From assembly GCF_009834535.1 (NCBI RefSeq), contig NC_045696.1, forward strand, positions 118,546,001-118,610,000: 64,000 nt of DNA, read 5' to 3'. The notes under the pieces are model-generated. The model did not search any database, had not been told where the DNA came from, and worked only from the letters and a program-made list of their open reading frames with translations. This document shows, piece after piece, positions 9,521-22,908 of this stretch; the stretch's first letter is position 1; each line of letters opens with the position of its first letter. The DNA is from Camelus ferus (Eukaryota). Both the position numbers and the translations under genes were made by a program.

Positions 9521-12500
9521 GTAGTGTACATCCCTGCCTGCAGTATTGTCATTGCCGACTCCAAAGCTCCATTTTCCTTTCTGCCCACCCTCCATCCGTG
9601 CTGTTTATCAGATCACTACCATTGTTTAGCCACTGGGTGGCACTGTTGTTTAGAACAAAATTCCCTTCTCATGTCATACCACGGTGATGCCAAGTCCGGC
9701 TAAGATGTGGGGTTTTTTTATGAAGTTTCCACCAGCCTCTTTCCTTGCAAAATATGGTCACTCTATATTCTGTGGTCGTTTTAACACCACACTTTATTTG
9801 GCAGCTCATGTTGGGGTCTTCTTTTCATTGCATAGGTGCTTTGTGACAGTATTTGACAAAGTAGTTCTGAGATTAGACGTTTTATATACCGTTTGTATGC
9901 ATATTATTGTATGTGTGAGCCAGAGGTGCTTATTTTATTTTACCTAAAAGAATTACAATGATTTTGCAATATGTTTTTAAGTACAGGTTTTGTATTATGA
10001 ATCATACTAACAGAATTGAAGTCCAGTCTGACAAATCTCTATGTGGAGTAACTGGCAATGATTTAAAATAAGAAGATAATATTTTACTATCATAACCATT
10101 TGTTCAAAAGCTAGAAAAAGTTTCCTTAAGAAATAGAGAATAATAGTAATCCATATTCAGCATCTCTTGTGAAATTTAGACACATAAATATTTTAAGTCA
10201 CTGCACAAATCTTTTATTATGTAATCTTTAAGATAAACCAAACCATGCAGAGAAATTCTGTATTAAATGGAAGCCTAGATTAACTTTAAGAATCCTCCAC
10301 TGAAATTCAGACTAAAAAAATAGCAGTATTAATTGAAATTCATACCTTGTTTTCCTTAATTTACAATATCCACACAGAATAGTCATGCTAGTAGAATTGA
10401 AATATTCTAATAATAATATACCTCCACAATATCTGTGGTTTTTAATAAATTAACAGAAAATGATATATTGTGATTAGGAGATTAGGCATGTGTTGGCTTC
10501 GCCTCTAAAAAAAACGTCCTGTGGCCACAGAGGGGTGTGTCCGTATGTCTATATTTAGTCCTGTGTTTCACAGGTACAGTTCCTGGCTGTGTTCTGGTAA
10601 TTGAGCCTGCTGACCTTTAGGGCTTTTCCAACTCGGGGATTCGGTGAAAAGCTGCTGTTTACTCTTCCTGTTGTCTGTTAAGTGATCTATGTAATAAGGG
10701 ATATAGGAGGGGGGCCAGGAGAAGAGGCAGATCATCTCCAAATGACATCTCTTTCACTTTGTCAGTGATTGCACTTAAGTGAGTACTGATGGGACCACTG
10801 ATAACAGTGAGAATTCATGGGACTTAAACTTGTTTCCTAAAATTAAAATCTGAGCACTGCCCCTACCCCCCGCCACCTGACCCCACCCCCAGCCCAGGCA
10901 ACTTTTTAGTAAGAGTTCTGTTATCCCAGAGCCAGAGTGCTGCTCGTACATGTTAGGCTCTGGAAGCCCCATCAGTCTATACGTGGGGAAGGAGAAAGCT
11001 CAGGGCTGGCTTGCTTATTCTGACTTCTGCTCCTGGGCTGTTGCTCAGTCCACCTCTTTCTGCGGATCAGGGCCACGTGAACAACGTGACTTTTTGAACA
11101 GAGTCTTGAAGAAGGAGGTCGTATTATTTTGTTCAGATAACTCAAGCTGTGCCAGTAGAATCATCTCCTTTGTTTATTCAACAAGCATTTCTTGGGGGCC
11201 CAGGCTAAGTGCCAGGATTGTCAGGCCCTCGGCCCCCTCCAGCTTCACCAGGCTGCTTGGGCATTAGCTGGTGCTTAGACGAGCAGGCCGGCGCTGTTGG
11301 GAACCAGCTCTTTTTCCGGGTACCCTGTTCTGGATTCACTACCTGCCCTGCTTGGACAAGGGCCGTATTGATCTGATGGGGTGACTCCAGCTGCCTCCTG
11401 AGACACGAGGCCCACATAACAGCGGCCAACCTGTGATGAGACAGTGAGGTGGTGCCGCCCCGATCTAGAGAAGTCACGTTGTGTTTTCCCCAGCACACTT
11501 CCTGCAGAGTGTCAGGAAGCAAGGGGAAGTAGCGTGAACCAGAATAGTCAGTGGTGCAACAGAGAACTTTCGAACAATCTCTGCTTCACACATAGGGCCA
11601 GTAATATTAGTAGCTGGAGAGCTTCATCAGAGACGCCAGGCCCACTTAGCTTCTTCCCCCATGTAATATATCGAGAGTAGATTTACTTTTCATTTCAGGG
11701 AACTGAAACTATCATTTCAACACTCCCAAGTATCTTTTTTTTTAAGCCATGGGGCACACTTCAAGAAATGAAGTAAGTATCAATATTTTCAGTGATCCTT
11801 TGATTATATGTAGCCTTTTCTTCTCATGAGGTTTCATAGCTGTATCTTTGCCTTTTATCACACAATAATTATATGGATCTTAACTTTTTGAAGAAAATCC
11901 TGCATCTAAAGTGAGATTTCAGAGTTTAGGTCCGTAAATAATTTTTGGAAAATCGTTGGAAAGCTCCATTTTCTATTTCTCAGTGTAGGTTGCAATCATA
12001 AAAAATGCACCACATGAGAGTTCATTTTTTGACAACTTAACTCAAAGAATTTCTTCAAGATTATTTTTGGAAATTGCACATCTACCCCAGAAACTCTTGT
12101 CGAGAGATACCTAGAAATTTACTCACAAACTTAACAAACTTTAAGATATGGGGAGATACACACACACGAATACACAGGCATTACTGCCAAAGAGAATTTA
12201 GAATTTCCAACCACAGGAAAGTAGAGAGTATCATATAGTGAGCTATAAGGAGAGAAGTTCAGATTATGTAAGTTATTGCCATAGCATTAAAAATTTATAT
12301 TTGTGTATGCATTTATGTTATGGATGTGAATGTATATACATAAATGTACACACATAGATATCATTGTATAATATTTATCAGGTGGTTTTTTTAAAGAAAA
12401 AAGGTTGGAAAGGGCTACAAATCTCCCTGCCCAGGTAACCACTGTTGACATTCTTAAGTAAAATGAAAATACATACACCATCAGACAATCCCAATTAATT

Positions 12501-15500
12501 AAAGGCATTACCTGGGGAAAAAAGACCAGCTTCCTTTTCTCCAGCCCACTTCACTAAGGGTGCCCAGTGCTGAGTTTCTTACAATTACTTCTAAGAAAAA
12601 AGAAACTTAGTCTGAGGAGTAACATGCGAATCCCAGTAGTGTGGTAACAGCTGTGTCTGGAGATGCCCTCACTCTGGGCCCCGAAGCAGATGGCACCGAC
12701 AGAAATGCTTCAGCACGGGTGACAGGCAGCAACCTGGCAGAACCAAGACGAGGAAGAGCAGGACGTGGCCGTGAGGGGACAGGGGGGCTGCTCGTCCACG
12801 CAGGGCGGGGGAGGAGCGGGAGCACCAGGAGGGTCTCCCTGTGGAGGACCCTGTCCTGGTCACTCTGGGCGGTGGATAGTGGGCAAGGATAGTCCAAAGC
12901 AGAGCAGGTAGTTCCATTATGTTCTGAGTAGTCCCTTTAAGAAGCCAGAGAAATGGAGAATATGTAAAACACATTTGGGGAGGCATCACTCAGCTAGAAA
13001 ATGCATCCTTTTGGAACATTGTTCCAAAAGACATTGAATAAATGAGTTGGATTTGGGTTGTGAACAAGGTCGAAGTTTGCCCTCTGCCATCAGAAGACCT
13101 CATTCCACTTCTGCTGAATGTTGGTCACAGTGACAACAGCCCCCCCCCCCCGGCACAGCTGCTGTTAGAGGCGCCGGGTGGGACCCCTTGCCCGGCACGG
13201 GCTCTGCGCGCTGGCCCACATTTGACTCCTGCCCACACCACTGCCTTGCAGGGTGGCCCAGGGAGGCTGCTTAACCTCTTACCTGTAAAGAGAGAGAAAG
13301 AGCAGCTGCTTCAAGGGGGGCTTAGGAAGTCAGCAGAACACCTGTCCCAGAGTAAGGGCTGGCGGGACCCTCGTGGCACTGAGCCCCTGGGACACAGAAC
13401 TTTTATCAAACAGTTCAGAGAAAGAAAGGGAACAAGGGAAAGATTTTGTGCCCCTAGACATGGCCGTATCTAGTCCAGAGATCACCTTGGTGCACACGAG
13501 CAGGTCCATGCCCCTTCTGTGCCGGCATCTTCACACACAGAATGGGCTGGGTTGCAGCCGCCCCCCGCCCCTGGCACTCTCAGTGTGGCGCATGCTGTGG
13601 TCCTGGGCTGAGAGCCAGTTGTCTGAAGTCCGTGGGTGGTCACTGAGCAGTGCAGCCAGCTTGAGGACAGTCCGGCCAGAGAGTGCCGGCAGGTCTGCAA
13701 CCTTATCATCTCAGTGTGGACCAGCCGGAGGTGCCTTATTCAGCCACGCTCCTGTGACCCTTGTGCTCCTTTCCTGCTTAGTCTCTGTAATAACTCATGC
13801 CGTCCCTGGCAAGAGAAAGGCCAGACCCCTTCGCAGGAGGACAAGGCGCTCTTCTGGATCTAGCTGGCCCGATGTTTAGAGTCCCCCTCCCTGCCCTCCC
13901 CCAGAACTGGATTACCAAAAGGGGGGAAGGCTTACATGTAGGGTACCAGCAGTTGGAAATAATTTACTTGATTCCCTTCTCTCCCCTTCCCTGAGAAAAC
14001 CACTGAAATAATCATCAAATGAAAAAGAAGCCCTCTGGTGGACTGAAGCCTGTTTTACACTGGTACTGGGGTCGTTTTTAACTACATATGGACGGCCGGA
14101 AGCACCAGAAGGTGTAATCAGGCTTTGACCTACATGTTCCCAGCAGTCCAACTGCCTGGTAAATACTGTCTTCCCTGCCAAAAATGACCCTCCCTGAGTT
14201 ACCATCCCCACCACCCACACTCCGGATTTTAACGTTTAGCTCACACCTCTGATTACCTGAGACAGGACTGGACCATCTCTCTTTTGTGCTTCTGCAGGAC
14301 TGTTGTTTATACTTCAGTGTTGGCTTTTATTCCCTGGACCGTCAACTAGTCAGTGCATCTACACGCCTGCATTTCCCTTGTGCTGCTAGTTTGAGAGCAT
14401 CTCAGGAGATCCTGTTGCAGTCACTGCTCCCCCCATCCCCCATCCTCAGTGCAGTTTCTGTAGTCATTTCAGAGGGTCAGTCTGCACCAGGCATGTTCCC
14501 CGACTGCTTGGTTATGAAGGAAGGACTGCATGCATGTCTCAGGTGGCTTAAGAATAAATAGGTCTTTATTTGGTACAGTCCAGAATGCCTGACAGCAGGA
14601 TAAAATTGTAAATTATTGTCTTGGGTCAGCGCTTTGGAGAAATGAGCCGAGACAGAGATTTACGGGTCGGAAGCTTCGGGGCCATGCCCTGAGGATCAGT
14701 CCTGGGAGGGAAAGAAGCAGCACTGAGCCGAGGGTCCAGGTGAGCTGGTTTCAGTTGCTCTGGAACCTCTGGGGCTGGGATGGGACCCTGAGAGTGGTCT
14801 GTCAGAGGCCGGGGGGCCAGCCTTTGTCCTCTGTCCACCCAGACCAGCCCCTGGACTAGAGCTGTTCCCAGGGAAGGGGCAGATTGTAGACAGAGCACTC
14901 GTCAGCCAGGGGCTGTTTGCAGAGAGGAACCCATGAGAGCTGTCAGCAGCCAACACGCCCAGCATCTGGGAGAAGCGGGACCTCAGTCCTGTCGAGGGGG
15001 TGTGGCCGGGGCACCACAGCCAGGGATTTAAGAATGTGCCTCCTGGAATAAGCTCAAGCGTGGGTGCAACAGAAGGAATGGTTAATGTTCCTATCAGCTA
15101 AAACCTGTGAAAGGTTTACAGAGCCTCAGGACCACTTTATGGACTACGGGCTTGTCGAGAAAACTGACCCCTAGCGCAGGAGCTGTCCGGGCGAGGCCTG
15201 GGGATGGAATGTCGCCCGTGTACCTGGTGCCCCACGCCAGGGCTGGCTTTTCCCGCCTGTGCTGGGTCTGGGAAGGGCAGGGAAGTCTCAGGTTCCTTCT
15301 TTCTGTCTCACATTCTGGTGACCCCATCTTCCTAAGTTTATATTCTCCAAGGGCACCAAAATGTTAGCTAATTTCTGTAATTGAGGGGAAATTATTTTGT
15401 ACAGCGTATGACTGGGATAACTTCTGAAGATTTTTTTCCTTGATAATATTATAATTCCTTTTATGAAAACATTTCCCAATAGATTTGATAGAACTTTACT

Positions 15501-15511
15501 TGTATAAGTAT

Positions 15512-15512
<1 letters not shown>

Positions 15513-15556
<44 letters not shown>
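15513..15556 (+). repeat. (AGAT)11 microsatellite
   Basis: Counted directly; perfect repeat. Confidence 0.98.
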
Positions 15557-15854
15557 GTGTGTAATAGATAACCCCTGCTTTATTTCAGAATGTATTCAAG
15601 GGAACTAAAATTTTATAAGATTGGACATATATAACTGCTTATGACTATTTTTTTCACTTTGGAAAAAAAATGGGGGAGGGGAGTTGTTGTAGTCCACAAA
15701 ATTAAAAATTCTTTTTGTAGGTGTATAATAAAATTTAAATGATTCTACCTGGAATTTTAGATTAACTCAGAATCTGAACTATCATGTCAAATATTGAGAG
15801 TCTAGAGATCAGAAGTAGAGCAGAATAATCAAAGAAGTATTCATGAGGATTTCC

Positions 15855-16315
15855 TATTTATTTAACAGTTCTGCAGATCAAAAGTCTGATACAGGTCTGG
15901 CCAAGCTAAAACCAAGGTGTCCAGAGGCTCTTGGGGAGAATCTTTTCTGCTGTTGGCAAAATTCAGTTCCTTGTGACCACAGAACTGAGGTCCCGTTTCT
16001 TTGCTGGCTGTCAGCTGAGGGCCATCCCCACACTGGCTCATGGCCCCCTTCCTCCCTCTTGAAAACCAGCACCACCAGGTCACATCCCTCTCATGTTTCA
16101 ACTGCCTCCTTTTTCTTTAGTCCCATCTCTGACTCGTTCTTGTACTTCCCTGCTTCACCTCAAGGATTCATGTGTTCACGTCAACCCACCATGATCCTCC
16201 AGGACAGTCTTCTCATCCCAAGTTTCTTTAATCACACCCGCAAAGTCTCTTTCGCCATAGAAAGTAACATATTCACAGGCTCTGGAGATTAAGGGCACAG
16301 GCATCATTCTGCCAT
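15855..16315 (-). mobile_element. MaLR solo LTR (MLT1-type)
   Basis: Typical antisense MLT1 phrases: acagttctgcagatcaaaagtctga…ctaaaaccaaggtgt…aaagtaacatattcacaggctctggagattaaggg. Confidence 0.7.
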
Positions 16316-16919
16316 GTAGTATGACTTTGGGAGGAAGATATGAATTATCAAAATTGACCCAAGAAGGAAGAGAGAAACTTAATAAAGGAATTAACATAGG
16401 AAAAATCCAAAAAGCCATTATAATGCCTTTAAGAAGTCACCAGTGCCAGATAATTTAGTAAGTGGGTGATCCGAATTTTGAAGGGACAGATAAATTCAGT
16501 TGTAAAAACTTAAAAAAAGATGGAAGTTTTTTCATTTCATTTTGTGAAAAAGCCATGTTCTTGTGAATCAAAATGCTGTAGCCTTCCTAGGTTCCGCCCC
16601 CACCCCCCACCATGGACTTTTAAAAGTAATCTGAAACTCAAAGCTGAGTAAACATTCCTTTGTTTTAGGTTTATCATCCACCAACCCAGGGCATTAGAAG
16701 CTACTTAAGGAGTAGAGTTCCAAGGAACAATGAGAAAATATTCCTAAAAGAAAAAAGAAACATCTCGGTTTATAATAAATACTTAAATTGTTTCCCACTT
16801 TATCACCTTGGGGTAAGAAATGCCACATATATACAAAGGGCTTTGTTCTAGAATTTAGGAGACACTCCCCTAAGTCAGTTCTTAAAAATAAAATGAGCAG
16901 AGACAATTCATGTAGGACC

Positions 16920-17350
16920 TTCAGATCACCTATATTAAAGTGTTAAAAGATATTTAGCCTCACTAGTTACCAAGAAACTTCAGGCTAAGTCAGTGAAGTC
17001 CTCCCTCCATCAGATTACCAAATAAATAAATAGATAAAGGTATGTCATGTTACACTTACATAAAAATATATATTACACACACACGTATGTATGTTAAAAT
17101 CTTAGGTGAAAGCAATTTGGAGTCATTTATCTAAATTTAAAACATATGTACCATTTCCACTTGTATAAATTTACCTTACAGAAATAACCAACTGTACCTA
17201 AAGATGTACCTCTCTAGAGTGTTGTCATTTTGTCTGTAAAGGCAAAAAATTAGAAAAATCCTAACTATGCAGGAGTGCTACAAAATTTTTTTCTTCATGT
17301 TTGTTAAAAAGGATAAGGCCGATTTTTACCTATAGCAAGGACAGATCTTC
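16920..17350 (+). mobile_element. Old L1ME-like fragment
   Basis: Degraded L1 ORF2-end phrases (tagcctcactagttaccaagaaa…ttccacttgtataaatttaccttacagaaata). Confidence 0.45.
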
Positions 17351-17379
17351 ATGACCAAGTTCAAAAAGCAAGTTACTGA

Positions 17380-20300
17380 GGGGAGTACTTTTGGAATAAC
17401 ACAGTAAGGACGTCTGAAAATCTGTTTCTCCATAAAAGTAATAGGAAGAGTGGCAGAAATGCCAAAATCATCTTTGTCAGAACTCTGGAAATTAATCAAA
17501 GGATTGAGTCCATTTAAGGAGCATCTATTCAAGGGGGAGAAGGCAGAGTCTTGGTAATAACAGCGCACTTTGTAACATCTTAACTTTCCTATTTCCACCT
17601 CCTCTCCCCAGCTCTGCCATAGCCTTTGATAACCAGTGGCCTCACAACCCCTGGAGAAAAAAGGATGAGTTAGGAGCACCCTAAAAGTCCTACCCCCATT
17701 AAATTGTCACTCCTTGACGTGTCCAGCAGTTCACTGAAAAGCCTATGGCATAGGGCTTGTCTCTATTTGACTTTATGTATAGCTTGCTAAGGGAGAAACC
17801 AGATCCAGAGGGCCTCCATCAGAAACAGTCAGTGCCACTTACTTAACACCACAGCCGCCCAAGGCAGAAACGGAGCAGACAAGAGGTGAACCAAAAACTG
17901 AATAGGAAAATCAGAGGCTAGCAAGAAACTTAAAAGGAAAATCTAAGGAGTGAGATGTCCATTGGGGGTTTTGAAAAGCTCCAATATTTTCCTGGAATCC
18001 TAGAGGCCGCGCACATGCAGGACCATGCACCTGCCCAGGAAAGACTGAGAAGAGTTTAATCTGCCAGCTCTGCGTGAACTTGAGACCTTGCAGAGGCAAG
18101 ATTTGTAGGATCTAGAGCAGAGTTGTAAGCTGCCTGCTGGAGCACTGAAGGCATGCCCCGAACACACACACAGAGCCCCCAGCAAAGGCTTAGAGATTTA
18201 CTGGTGCAAGTCATTAAGGAAAGGAAGCGTCTGTCTCCTAACTGACTGCTAAGCTCACCAAGAGGAGACTTCAGTGGGCAGCACATAACAACAGAGAATG
18301 TAGGCTTTATACAATTCATTTAGGGAAGTAACCATAAAATTTTTTTTTAATTTAAAAATTAAAAAACAACAAATAAAAGAGATCTGGGGCATGGGGTGGG
18401 ATCTGTTTTGCAGAGCCACCACATTATTTTATTAAAATGCCCAGTTTTCAATAAACAGTCTGTGAGACATATAAAGAAACAGAAGTATGGCTTGTATGAC
18501 AGCAAATAAAGCAGTCAATGCAAACTGCCCCTGAGGAAGCAGAGACACTCACTTGACTTACTAGATCCAGAAGCCATTAAATCAGCCATTATAAGTATCT
18601 CTTAGAAGCTAAAGGAAACTGAGTCTGAAGATCAAAAGGCATGTATGAGACCAGTGTCTCACCAAATAGAGAATATCAAAAAAGCAATAAGGATTTAAAA
18701 AAGAAAAAACCAAATAGATATCCTGGAGTTGAAATATGGTAACCAAAATGAGAATTTCACTGCAGAGAATCAACAGCAGATTTGTGCCAACAGAAGAAAG
18801 AATCATAACTTGAAGATAGGTCAGTTGAGATGATCTGGTCTGAAAAAGAGAGAGACAAAAAAAGAATGAAAGAAAATGAACAGGGTCTCAAAGACTTGCA
18901 GAATACCATCAAGTATACCAAATATGCAGGTGGTGGGAGTCCCAGAAGGAGAAAAGAGAGAGAAAGCTACAGGAGGAGTGTTGAAGAAATGCTGGTTGAA
19001 ACACTCCACAGCTTTATGAAACACATTAGTCTGTGTATTCAAAGAAGATCAGTGAACTCCAAACAGGATAAACTCAAAGAGGTCCATACCTAAACACATC
19101 ATGGGCAAGCTGCTAAAAGCCAGCGACAAGGAGAGAATCTTGAAAGCAGAAAGAGAAAAACAGCTCATGGTATACAAGGGAACCTCAATAAGATTAATAG
19201 CTGACTTATTAAAAATCTTGGAGGCCAGAAGGCAATAGGACTATATGTTCAATCATTCTTTATCCAGTAAAACTATTCTCCTAAAAGAAAGGAGAAATTA
19301 AGACAGTCACGTATAAAACAAAACAGAATTCGATGCTAGGAAATCTGCCCTATAAGACATAGTAAAGGGAGTCCTTCAGGCTGAAATGAAAGGGTACTAT
19401 AAGTTAATTCAAATCCACACAAAGAAAAAGCATAGATAAATGTAACTGCATCAGTAAATACAAAATACAGTATAAATGTATTTAGCTTGTATCTTATATT
19501 GTTAAGGTAGCATTACTACCCAAATTGATCTGTGTATTCATTGTAATCACTGTCAAAATCTCGGGTGTCTTTTTGGGGAAATTTGACAAAGTGATCATAA
19601 AATTAATCTGGAAATGCAAAGCCCTCCTAATGGTAAAAAACAGAGTTGAAAAAGGACAAAATTGGAAAGCTCATACTCCTCGGCTTCAAAACTTACTGTA
19701 TATATCGCACAGTAATCAAGATAGCCTGGTACTGTCCTAAAGATAAGCATATGTAAATGGAACAGAGTTTCCAGCACAGAAATAAACCCTTACAATTTTG
19801 GTAAGTTGATTTTCAGCACAGGTACCAAGGCCATTCAATGGAGAGAAAATAGTCTTTTCTAGAAATAGTGCTAGGAAAACTGGATCTCTGCATGAAAAAG
19901 AATGAAGATGAACTACTTCCTCACATTATATACAAAAATTAACTCAAAATGGATCATAGACTTTAATGCAAGAGCAAAAACTATAACACTTTAAAGAAAA
20001 TATAGGAGTAAATCTTTGTGATTAGGCAATGGCTTCTTATGATACCAACAGCACAAACAAAAAGAAAAAGTAGGTAAATGGGACTTTATCAAAATTAAAC
20101 ACTTTTTGGCTTCAAAGGGTCCCATTAAGAAGGTGAAAAGACAGTGCAGAGAATGGGAGAATTTTTTGCAAATTACATATATATATATATGAGAAGGAAC
20201 TTGTACACAGAATATATGAAGAATTCTTACAGCTCAACAATAAAAAGACAGATAACCCAGTGTTAAAAATGGGCAAAAGGTTTGAAGAGACATTTCTCCA

Positions 20301-21095
20301 CAGAAGATACACAGATGTCTAATAAGCACATGAATTGATAAAACGCAAATAAAAATCACGAGATACCACTTCATACCCACTAGGATGGCTAAAATAAAGA
20401 ACAGCCAAATATGTGTTGACAAGGATTTGGAGAAGTTGGAACCCTCGTACAATGCTGATGGGAATGTAAAATGGTGTGGCTACTTTCAAAGCCAATTTGA
20501 CAGTTTCTCTAAATGTTAAACACAGACTTACATATTGACCCAGCAATTTGAGTCCTAGGTATTGACCCAACAGAAATGAAAATACATATCTACACAAAAA
20601 TTTATACATGAATGTTTAAAGTACCATTATTCGTAATAGCCAAGAAATGGTACAAGCTAAATGTCATTAACTGATGAATGGATAAACAAAATGTGGTCTA
20701 TTTGTACAATAGAATATTATTGGGCAATGAAAAGTGAATGAGATCCTGATACTGGCTGTAGCATAAATGTGTCCTGAAAACACTTTGCCAACTGAAAGAA
20801 GCCAGTCACAAAAGCTTACACATTGTTTAATCCCATTTCTATGACATGTCCAGAAAAGGCAGAGCCTTGGAGACAGAATGTTGATTAGTGGTTACCGAGG
20901 GCTGTGGAGAGGACAGTATTGGGAGTGACTGCTAAGGGGCAGGAGGTCTCTTGCAGGCAACAGAAATGTTCTAAAATTAGATGGTGATGATTGAGAATCT
21001 CTGAATATAGTAAAAATCACTGAAGTATATACTTTAAAAAGGTGAATTTTATGGTGTATGAATTACCACTCAGTAAAGCTGATTTTTTTAATAAA
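17380..21095 (+). mobile_element. Old L1 (L1MB-like 3' end): 5' region, degraded ORF1 (about 18600-19400), large internal deletion near 19490, distal ORF2 and 3'UTR
   Basis: ORF1-like peptide in ORF 18830-19093 (KRMKENEQGLKDLQNTIK); ORF2-like text from about 19495; L1MB-type end (tactttaaaaaggtgaattttatggtgtatgaatta). Many stops and frameshifts. Confidence 0.85.
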
Positions 21096-21454
21096 GGCAG
21101 TTTTCACATTTAATCTATTTATGGTAAAAATGTTCTATGTATTAGCGGCATAATTTTAAAAGAGAAAACAAGTAGGTGGTTCCCGGGGTCCTTGTCAGCT
21201 CCATCATTCTAGGACCCTGTACTCCGGAGATCACTGCCATGAAATGGAGCCTGGGGAAGTGAAGACCCAGAGCCTGCGGGTGGCGGGAGACAGAAGGAGG
21301 CAGAGCAGGGAAGAAGCGAAGATGCAGGCTGACTTTGATAGTCTGGACCCTGAGGTCAGCGCGGGATGCTCGTACAGCGGGCCCCTGCTGCCTCTCCTCC
21401 CCAGACCTCAGGGCCACCCCCAGGCTCCGTCAGGGCTCACCCCAGCATCCCCCG

Positions 21455-21720
21455 TTGCAGGTGGGATTCTCCAGGAGGCAGACCCTGAGACGGAGTTAGA
21501 CGTACAAAAGGTTTATTGGGGAATAACATCTGTGAAGGGAAGAGAGGAGGGGATGGAACTCAGAAAGGGGTGCATCGGACTGCGATGCAGATGTCCTGGA
21601 AGTCTGCCGGCTCAGCAGGCAGCCCCGCAGCCGAGCTCCTACCAGGGAGCCCGGCGTCGGTGGAAACGGCCCGCCCTCACTGCCAGTCCCTGGCCGGCAG
21701 TCACATGTGAAGACTGACTT
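21455..21720. mobile_element. Probable old ERVL-class LTR fragment
   Basis: ccaggaggcagaccctgagacggagtt…aggtttattgggg pattern typical of LTR33/LTR16-like elements. Confidence 0.4.
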
Positions 21721-21849
21721 TATAAAAATCACAGGTTAATTATAAATAATAATAATTCACATGCCATAAAATCACCTTTTTGAAGTGTAAAATTCTAGTG
21801 TATTCACAGGGATGTTCAACCATCACCACTGTCTGATCTTAGAACGTGG

Positions 21850-22908
21850 AGTTAAACTTGACCCCTCTCTCCCTCTCATACCAGGATTTTTGCAGCAGGA
21901 AAAATTGTTTCCCCACTTCTTTTGCCCTCTCTCACTCCTCATTCTGTTCACCACAACAGCAGTCAGATTGATCCTTTTAAAATTAAATCAAATCTTGTCA
22001 TTCCTCTGCTCAAATCCTCCAGTGGTTTCCCATCTCAGAGGAAAAGTCATGAAAATTGTCTACAGGTCCCCACCTGCCGCGATGCCCACCAGCTCCCAGA
22101 CCTCGCCCTGGCCTCCCTGCTGTCCCTCGAAACACAAAGGTCCTGCTTGGGGCCTTGGCACTTGCTGTCCCTTCATATTAACCTGCCAAGCTGATATTTT
22201 ACCTTCTTCAAGTTTTTGCCCAGGTGTCACGCATCTCAGTTCTCAACCATCCTGTTTAAGACCTCACGCCTTCCTCAGATACTCATGGCCCCTTTGACTA
22301 CATTATTTTTCCCGACAGTATTTACTAACATCTAAAATCATACATATTTTATTCATGTATTTGTCTCTGCTCACTAGCAAGTGAACTCCTTGAAGTATGA
22401 AGTATGGAATTTTGGGGGGAGGGGGTAATTAGGTTTTGTTAGTTTGCTTGTTCATTCATTCATTTACTTAATTATTTAATGGAGGTACCCGGGATTGAAC
22501 CCGGGACCTCATGCATGCTAAGCAGGCACTCTACCACTGAGCTCTACCCCCCCACCCTAATATTTTATTATATTTTTACTTTATTTATTTAATGGAAGTA
22601 CTGGGGATTGAACCCAGGATCTCTTGCACTCTTAAGCATGCGCTCTACCACTGAACTATACCCCAACTCCCAATATTTTATTTTATTTTATTTTGTTTTG
22701 TTTTTAATGGAAGTACTGGAGATTGAATCCGAGACCTCGTGCATGCAAAGCAGGCGCTCTACCACGGAGCTGTATCCTCTCCCAGGATGGGATTTTTGAT
22801 GGTCTAGTTTCCACGGTCTCCCTGCATCTAGAAGTGTCTGGCACTGACTAGGCCTTCAGTTGCTGTGGGTGAATGAATGAGTGAATGAATGAATGAACAA
22901 ATGAATGC
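21850..22908 (+). mobile_element. L2 3' region, interrupted by the SINE cluster
   Basis: ccttttaaaattaaatcaaatcttgtcattcctctgctcaaatcctccagtggtttcccat… and a terminal (TGAA)n at about 22871-22908. Confidence 0.75.
22414..22783 (-). mobile_element. Cluster of three head-to-tail tRNA-Ala-derived camelid SINE (Vic-1-type) heads (about 22479-22557, 22591-22671, 22706-22783) with one 3' tail
   Basis: Three antisense copies of the GGTATAGCTCAGTGGTAGAG…GGTTCAATCCCCAGTACCTCCATT head; the AAACCTAATTACCCCC tail is at the left end. Confidence 0.92.

Noticed and set aside
10521..10540. CTCF-like motifs (here and near 626, 36980, 42693, 62860)
   Set aside because: Each has mismatches or shifted spacing in the core; they cannot be supported without a PWM scan or ChIP data.
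13042..13994. Long GC-rich ORFs here and at 21244-21717, 32099-32574, 36693-37181, 43506-44081, 59393-59917
   Set aside because: Most begin at non-ATG codons, overlap in several frames or run through repeats, and show no recognisable domain or splice structure.
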